Positions 56,847 to 64,000 of a DNA stretch of 64,000 bases are shown one piece after another. Position 1 is the stretch's first letter; the number at the start of each line of letters is the position of its first letter. Origin of the DNA: Squalus acanthias (Eukaryota); contig CM059435.1 of NCBI GenBank assembly GCA_030390025.1, positions 101,122,001 through 101,186,000 of the forward strand, read 5' to 3'. The notes below the pieces were generated by a model. The model searched no databases, was not told where the DNA came from, and was given only the letters and a program-made list of their open reading frames with translations. The position numbers and the translations under genes are program-made.

Positions 56847-57123
56847 AATTAAATAAATCTGTTGGACTATAACCTGGTGTTGTGCGACTTCTCATTTTTG
56901 TCCACCCCAGTCCAACGCCGGCATCTCCACATCATGACCTCTAATTTACAAAGGCACTGTCTCCCTCTGTTCCCAAGATCAATGATATACTTTTCCCCTC
57001 TACCTCTTCTCCCAGCTCAAAGAAGCAATGTTTGCCATCTAACCACTTCTCCAATTCATAGAGACATTCTCCCTCTCTGATGGTCTACTTATTGACAATC
57101 TCAGCTGAAGCTTGTAACTAGCA

Positions 57124-57340
57124 TCATAGATTCACAGAGCCGTACAGCACAGAAAGAGGTCAAACAGCCCATGGTGCCTGTGCCGGCTCTCTGAAAAAGC
57201 TACCAATTAGTCTCACTCCCCTGCTCTTTGCCCATAGCCCTGCAAATGTTTCCTTTTTAAGTCTATATCCAACTCCCTTTTGAAAGTTATTATTAAATCT
57301 GCTTCCACCACCCTTTCAGGCAATGCATTCCAGATCTAAC
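57124..57340 (-). mobile_element. CR1 3'-end fragment
   Basis: Similar to 6317-6540 and 9018-9200. Confidence 0.78.
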
Positions 57341-59174
57341 ACTATTGTTTTGCTCCGGAAATTCTCTCTGTGTTGCAGGCAGGAACTCCGAGAGCTATTG
57401 TAAGACCAGGAATTCCCACTGGTAGCCTGTATCTGCTCCTGGAGTGAAGCAGCAGTGGCAGCAGAAGCTTCGATGTTAGGTATGAGCCAAAGCTGGGACC
57501 AGTAATGAGAAGAGCATTAGGAAATGGGAGGGCATTGATCTCCTGACCTGATTCCCTAGGGCAGCAAATCAGCTGTTGTAGAGCAAACAGCTGAATTATC
57601 ATTCCAAGAGATATAAAGTGCATACATTTGCATACAGTGCATATATCTAGCTATACTTCTGATCTCGATCAATTGAGTTACAGGTAAGGGGTAGCAAGCG
57701 GGAGGGGTAGCTTTCTATTAATTCAATTGCCTTATTTCACTTGAATCCAGTTCCAGTAGTACTAAATGTTATCATGAGAGAAATGTGCAGTAATCAACAA
57801 GATTGCCCTTTGTCAGTGGTAATAACCACAACAATCCCATTAAATTGAAATATATGCTCAGAATATGATGCTGAAATTATATTCTGCAGTGTAAGTAACC
57901 ACCCTTTTTCCTTCATTCTGCTCTATTATGTTGATAATTCTGGATAAACACATTCAATAAAAACTATTGAAATATGCCATGTGGTTAATTTGCACTAATT
58001 AAATTTAGTTCAATAATAACATTCAATAAAATGAAATACTGTCAATTGAAAATAAATGTCAATGGTTTCAGGGTTGAGTTGAAGTTTACAATTAAATTAC
58101 TTGCAAATTTACACCCAGTCTGACTTCAATATTTTGGTTTGCAGTTGCTACTGCTCATATTTCACTACTTGTGTTGCATAAAGTACACTCAGACTTCTAC
58201 AGGGTTCATACTTAAATGGAAAATATTTGTCCTCTAATTTAGCACTTGCTTGGTGTCTGTTAAGTTAACGGGAAGTGGTCGAAATGTATTTTTAAGAGAG
58301 CCTTGGATTAAACCATAAATTCACTTAGGTATTTATGTTAGCGCTGAGCCTTGTAATTCCAATTAAATGTTTCCATAGCAACCAGATACATAATACTAAA
58401 TGGCTGTCCTGTCTCTGTGCCTCAAGGAAATAAAGCTCTGCTATATTTTCTCTGTAGTTTGGTGTTGTGCCACACTTAATTATGTTCAATCAAGTTTTAC
58501 TAGTTCACACAGTTACCCCAAAACAGGAGGGAAGAAAAAATGTATGAGGTAAACAACATAGTTAATTACACCTCCAATAAATATATTCCCACAACCTTCA
58601 AGACTTTACCCGGCATCAGTAGCTCATTTTTCGCAACATAGAGACGATATTTCACTCAGCTACATGTCCCAATGACCTTGAAGCATCAGGATTAATTGTA
58701 AAACTCATCAGCCATTTTGTGCTACAGTTTGCAAATAAATCATATAGGTTGGAATCTCGAACATGGCAGAAATCTGCATTAAACAAGGGAGACACTAGAG
58801 GGCATTTTGAAATGCTATTTATTCAATAGCTAAACCCAATTAAAATGCACGAGCGATGAGGTTGCACCTCAGTAATTCACATTGGATGCACCAGTGTATT
58901 ATCCAACGACTCAACAGGTTTCCTACCTAGACCATAGAGAAACTAATGTAAATAATTATTACTTAAAATGTCAGAAAACTGGGAGAAAAAAATAAACAGT
59001 CTTGCTGTGCATTAAGGTAAAACAGCATGTATTGATACCATAGAAAACATAATGCCTTCTCATTTGAAGCTTTAAAAGAATGGTTCAGTCATGGTCATGG
59101 CTCCAATTCAATTTAATTGACCTTAATTGGTCAGTTTCACTTTCCAACCCAAAGAAGACAGTATGCTTGCTTTT

Positions 59175-59507
59175 TTTTAATTATTCGTTTTATGGGATGT
59201 GGGCGTCGCTGGCAAGGCCAGCATTTATTGCCCATCCCTAATTGCCCTTGAGAAGGTGGTGGTGAGCCGCCTACTTGAACTGCTGCAGTCTGTGTGGTGA
59301 AAGTGCTCCCACAGTGCTGTTAGCTAGGGAGTTCCAGGATTTGGACCCAGCGACGATGAAGGATCGGCGATATACTTCTAAGTCAGGATGGTGTGAGACT
59401 TGGAGGGGAACTTGGAGGGGATGGTGTACCCATGCGTCTGGTGTACCCATGCGCCTGCTGCTCTTGTCCTTCTAGGTGGAAGAGGTCGCGGGTTTGGGAG
59501 GTTGCTT
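59175..59507 (-). mobile_element. LINE 3'-end fragment
   Basis: Longer copy of the family at 47130; its tail is shared with the SINE at 60615. Confidence 0.75.
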
Positions 59508-60074
59508 AAAGAACAATTTTCTCCAGTGTGTGGGTGAAAGAGGTTACTGCATATGCTCTGCCCAAACATGGACCAAAAATAATTTCATGAAATTATGAAA
59601 GGGGGGGAACAACAATCTTTAGGGAGAAAAGCACTTTGGGACGTCCTGAGGTCATGAAAGGCGCTACATGAATGCAAGACTTTCTTTTTAAAAAGGTTTT
59701 ACATGAATACATGAAATTGTACTTACAAGTACCCCAGAAACATTCTTAGTTCGAAATCTGTACCAGATTCACTTTTTAATGGCCATTTTAATTGTACTGA
59801 CCTCTTGCATTAACAGCTCAGGCCATTTTAAAGGTTTGAATCTGATTTGCGATGTCAGCTTTACCTCGGCAAAACCAGCACATTATGGGTGCATTTTGCC
59901 AATTGCGCCCCTAGCAGAAACTCCACTGCCTCATGTCTAAGTTTTGGTGACAGTGAATTGGATTGTTGCATAAAAAGAATATATTACTCTCCTATGGTGT
60001 TGTTTTAAAACTAAATTCCTATGAAATTATTCACTAACTGTTTTACTTTAAGTAATCCTGCTTCATTGTAGTTT

Positions 60075-60472
60075 TGCACAGTCAACAGCACTTGTACCTG
60101 ATTCAGAAGGTTGTGGGTTCAAGCTCCATTGCAGGAATCGAATTAATAATTGAGGCAAACACCCCAGTCATTGTTGGAGATGCTGTTAGACTGTTTTGCC
60201 TGGTTATTCAGGTGGACTTTAAAGATCCCATGGCATCTTTTGAGCAGAGTTCTTCTCGCCAACATTCCTTCCTCAACCAACATCACCAACAACAGAGTAA
60301 CTGGTTAGTTATTTAATTTGCTGTTTGAAGGATCTTGCTGTGTGCAAATTGGCTATCACATTTGGCTACATCACAACAGCGACTGAAGTTAAAAGTAATT
60401 CATTAGTTGTGAAGTGCTTTGCGACAAACTGAGGATACGATAAAGTACTATATAATTGCAAGTTCTTTCTTT
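60075..60472 (+). mobile_element. Decayed Deu-domain SINE
   Basis: cagaaggttgtgggttcaagc head, caggtggactttaaagatcccatggca core, L2-like tail. Confidence 0.65.
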
Positions 60473-60614
60473 AAACCTGTGTTTAATCAGTATCATTTTC
60501 AGTTACATTATAATTTGTAATGCTGTCTGTGATGCAACTATTTGAGATTGATGGCACATTCTGTAAAAAAAATCACGAACCACCTGCATTTTAATTTTAA
60601 CAGCAATGTTATGG

Positions 60615-60975
60615 ATACAGTGGTGGAGTGGCTATATTACTGGACTAGTAATCCAGAAGCCAGGACTAATAATCCAGAGAACATGAGTTCAAATCCCACC
60701 ATGGCAGTTTGAGATTTTGAGTTCAGTTCTAAAAAAACTGGTATCAGTAAAAAAGTGACCATGAAGCTTTCAAATTGTTGTAAAATCCCAACTGGTTCAC
60801 TAATGTACTTTAGGGAAGGAAACCTGCCGGCTTACCCAGTCTGGCCTATATGTGACTCCAGTACCACACCGATGTGATTTATTCTTAACAGCTCTCTCAA
60901 GTAGCCTAGCAAACTACTCAGTTGTATCAAACTCTCAGGGCAATTAGGGATGGGCAATAAATGCTGGCCGAGAAT
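60615..60975 (+). mobile_element. tRNA-derived SINE sharing its 3' tail with the 47130/59175 LINE
   Basis: gtggtggagtggc A box; gagttcaaatccc B box; tail gggcaattagggatgggcaataaatgctggcc is the reverse complement of 59216-59247. Confidence 0.75.
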
Positions 60976-63725
60976 GAAAACATTTTGTTCCACTAGTCAC
61001 GAGTTAATCTTATTCATAAAAATACTGGTTTAGGGAAGGTAAGGAATTACATAATGATCGGGTAGGACAATCAAGGCTGATTTGTGTGACATTATTCCAA
61101 TGCTGACATCATTCATGAAACACAAATTTATATCTATTTTGAAATAATTCACAGCTTCAAATAAAGTATGGCATTTATATGTCATATTCAGCAATATACA
61201 TTGCTATAAACCTATTACTTAATACAATCTGAAAAATTTATATAATTTCATTACACATCAAAATTTTACAATTTACATGTGTATGTTAGCAGAGGGAATC
61301 AATCTAAAGAAAACAATGTGTTACCATAGTTATGTTAAAACTATGGAGTCTATAGATAATATCAAATACGTATAGCAATTGTGGGAACGGATTTAGAAAA
61401 AAAATTAAAGAATCTGAATATTTCCACAATACAATCAATTACTCAGCACAGATCTCTATTTAACAACAATCAGGTTATTTTGGGGCTCAAGAGAAATCAG
61501 TACTGGTGAATGGATAATTTTTGTACTTTGATCACCAGGTATCACCATCAAGCACTGCCAGATAAAGTATACGCCCTCTACTCTGCCTCAATCTATGAAT
61601 ATTTCCTTTTTCTGTACCCGCCAGCCTTCAAGTTTTTGTGTGAAATTGTCATTTGGTGTTAATTTATTGATAGTTTTGCACTGCAGGGCCCATCATTGGT
61701 AATTTGGGTTTATGCTGGCCAAACACATGTGATAGCTGGTTATTTTAGGTCACCTGACTGCCATCAGCGTGAATGGGCACAGCCAGTCAGACCCATGAAA
61801 GCGAATGGGAGAGAATACTTTTAAAGAGGATAAAAAGCCTCAATTAAGTATTCCGGATTTCTGATTACTTGGCTGCTAATGAACAAGTGCTAAATTTGCA
61901 ATTGTACAGCACGTTGTGCCATTTTGAATTTATTCAATTGAAGGTCACAAAGGCATAAATGTTATCACTCGTGAATCAGGGAGCCACAATGGTTCTTTCA
62001 TAAACTTAAGAGGACCATATTTCATTGTCACAGACCTGAGTGAGTTATGACCATCTTAGGTACAAGGAAAAGAACACCTGGAATTTACTACCACTTCTAC
62101 CATTTTATGTATTTCAGCTCCATTTCTCCCTTTCTTGGACTTCCACTGGGAGAAGGTATCAGAGACCGCCAACGTTTCAATGATTGCCATGAATACATTT
62201 TTGACCAGCAGCTGGAAGGTACTGAAGCGTTAGAATTCAGAGGAACCCACAAGTATCTTCCTCCCTTCCCTCTAGATGGGTAGGCATCTTATTTCTGCTT
62301 ACTGCTAACAGTAACTGCTGCTAGCAGTAATTGTTCCTTTGATCAGAGTGCCAAGTGTGATTGATAGCTGAACCAAACATTCAAAGCAAAGCCCCGACTG
62401 CTCCATGATCCAGCCAACTCTCCCAGGTTGTCCTGGAGTCTCTCAAAATGAAAGATTCATCTCCCGGGCACTGCTGTAAGCAACCTGGGGGAAAAAAAAT
62501 CACAGGGAGTAGAGTTTCCTGTGTATTTGTGCCCAGAAACACGTAATCAGGGTGTGAAGCAAATACCCGCCGTAAAAGAGCGAGAAATCACACGCTCGAA
62601 TTTCCTCGTTCTTTAACGGCAGTCTATCGATCCCTGCACCAGAACGCCTCTTAGCTCATTATATTGTAACCGCACCCCAGGCTAAAGAGATGTACGTGTG
62701 GATTTCCTGCAATTATGCTGGTTCAAAATGGGTGTAAAATTAAGCCAAGAATTTTAGGTGCAGCAGGAAACAAAGTAATTTCAGAGATTTTTTAATTTAT
62801 CTTCATCGAGACCTACATTGTATTTTCTGTTTTTTTGAATGCATTTTTATGGCATCAGTATGTCACATTAAAAATTGAAAGCTTCCACAATTGCATGTTC
62901 TTAAACATGCTGTGCCTAATGTGTATGAATGATAAATAGATGGCATGAAACTTTAATTTTCATACTTAGAGAAGGAATATATGGTGAGAGTTTGGCGGTT
63001 TCCTCGGGGTCCCAGTTGTTTGCGGTGATTTATGCTTGTTTACATCCATTTTTATGTTTGGGCATATACTAATGAGGTTGACAGGAAATGTGGGTGTAAC
63101 TAGACATTTTCAAATTGGGCGCACGAATGGGTGTAATTTTGGGTGTAACTTTTGGTTACGGCCCCACAGGAAATTCCAGCCTGGAAGTAGAGTTTGCATT
63201 TTGGCGTTCACGGTTTGTGCCTGTGAACTCTCTTATTCAAACTGCTTTGTTCCTGTTTGTGGTGTCCCTGCCCATTCCATTAGCTCCTGCTCTGTCCTTT
63301 ATTTGAAATGAATGGGAGGGTCACTCTCACTCTCAGCAATGAGGAGCTCGCTGTGCTTGCCCAGAGTACAGACGCTGTTGTATTGCTCCCGCACTCCACC
63401 CTCTCTGGTCCTCTGATCTAGCACCAGGGGGTAGAGTTTCCACTTGTTTCTGCTAGTTTTGTGCCCAGATTCCAGCGCAATCGGCTGAACCAGTGCAAAA
63501 GATCAGGAAATTTTTTAAACGCAATTGAGCTATGCCACAAACCACTTACGTTCGTGTTTTCCGCTGGTTCAAGATTCAATTCGCTCGAACATATATCAGG
63601 AATAAAAAAACTGACAAAATTCATAGTTTCCTATAAAAAGATTAAAGTCAGAGCAGAACTGAAACAGTAAATACATTTAATGGCTGTATAGAGCCCCCTT
63701 CCATACACACGCCATTGCTTTAATA

Positions 63726-64000
63726 GAAAGAAAGACTTGTGTATATATATATAGCGCCTTTTACGACCACTGGATGTCTCAAAGCGCTTTACAGCAATGG
63801 AGTGTAGTCACTGTTGTAATGTGGGAAACACAGCAGCCAATTTGCGCACAGCAAGGTCCCACAAATAGCAATGTAATAATGACCAGATAATCTGGGTTTT
63901 TTTGTTATGTTGGTTGAGGGATAAATATTGGCCAGGACACCGGGGATAATTCCCCTACTCTTCTTCGAAATAGTGCCATGGGATCTTTTACATCCACCTG
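63726..64000 (-). mobile_element. Deu-domain SINE, 3' part (runs off the window)
   Basis: Colinear with 27410-27700. Confidence 0.78.

Larger units (their letters stand above)
55954..56940. mobile_element. Palindromic PLE-derived element E (family 1, B subfamily), tail on right
   Basis: About 455-bp near-perfect arms (to 56407; from 56442), 34-nt loop; GIY-YIG C-terminus on both strands; TSD ctaatttacaaa at 55942-55953 and 56941-56952. Confidence 0.93.

Noticed and set aside
55954-56940. Palindromes as assembly or chimeric-read artefacts
   Set aside because: Distinct TSDs, one-sided tails, arm mismatches and colinear host sequence on both sides argue for real insertions; long-read confirmation is still desirable
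29700-64000. Exons of syntenic neighbours (LIN7A; PTPRQ upstream)
   Set aside because: No PDZ/L27 or phosphatase-like peptide recognised in the ORF track; short or non-coding exons could have been missed

Overview
Vertebrate genomic DNA, very probably from a cartilaginous fish: HE1/V-SINE, Deu-domain SINE and CR1 repertoire. It contains the linked myogenic bHLH genes myf6/MRF4 (3 exons, 3012-4265, +, 245 aa) and myf5 (3 exons, 24296-28706, +, 254 aa), about 20 kb apart. They are followed by about 35 kb with no recognisable host gene. Most other long ORFs are CR1/L2 LINE or GIY-YIG (Penelope-like, PLE) fragments. The most striking non-genic signal is six long palindromic (fold-back) insertions plus one solo arm, made from the 3' ends of two PLE families. 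Each arm carries a minimal type I hammerhead ribozyme whose stems co-vary between copies. One arm has a 33-41 nt extra tail, the turn-point differs in every copy, and each insertion has a target-site duplication (TSD). Two of these elements, from different subfamilies, sit at exactly the same homologous nucleotide of CR1 ORF2 in two different CR1 subfamilies. Two others lie 20 nt apart at a second CR1 site. This suggests ribozyme-bearing PLE palindromes that preferentially parasitise CR1 LINEs. All alignments were done by eye and repeat boundaries are approximate.
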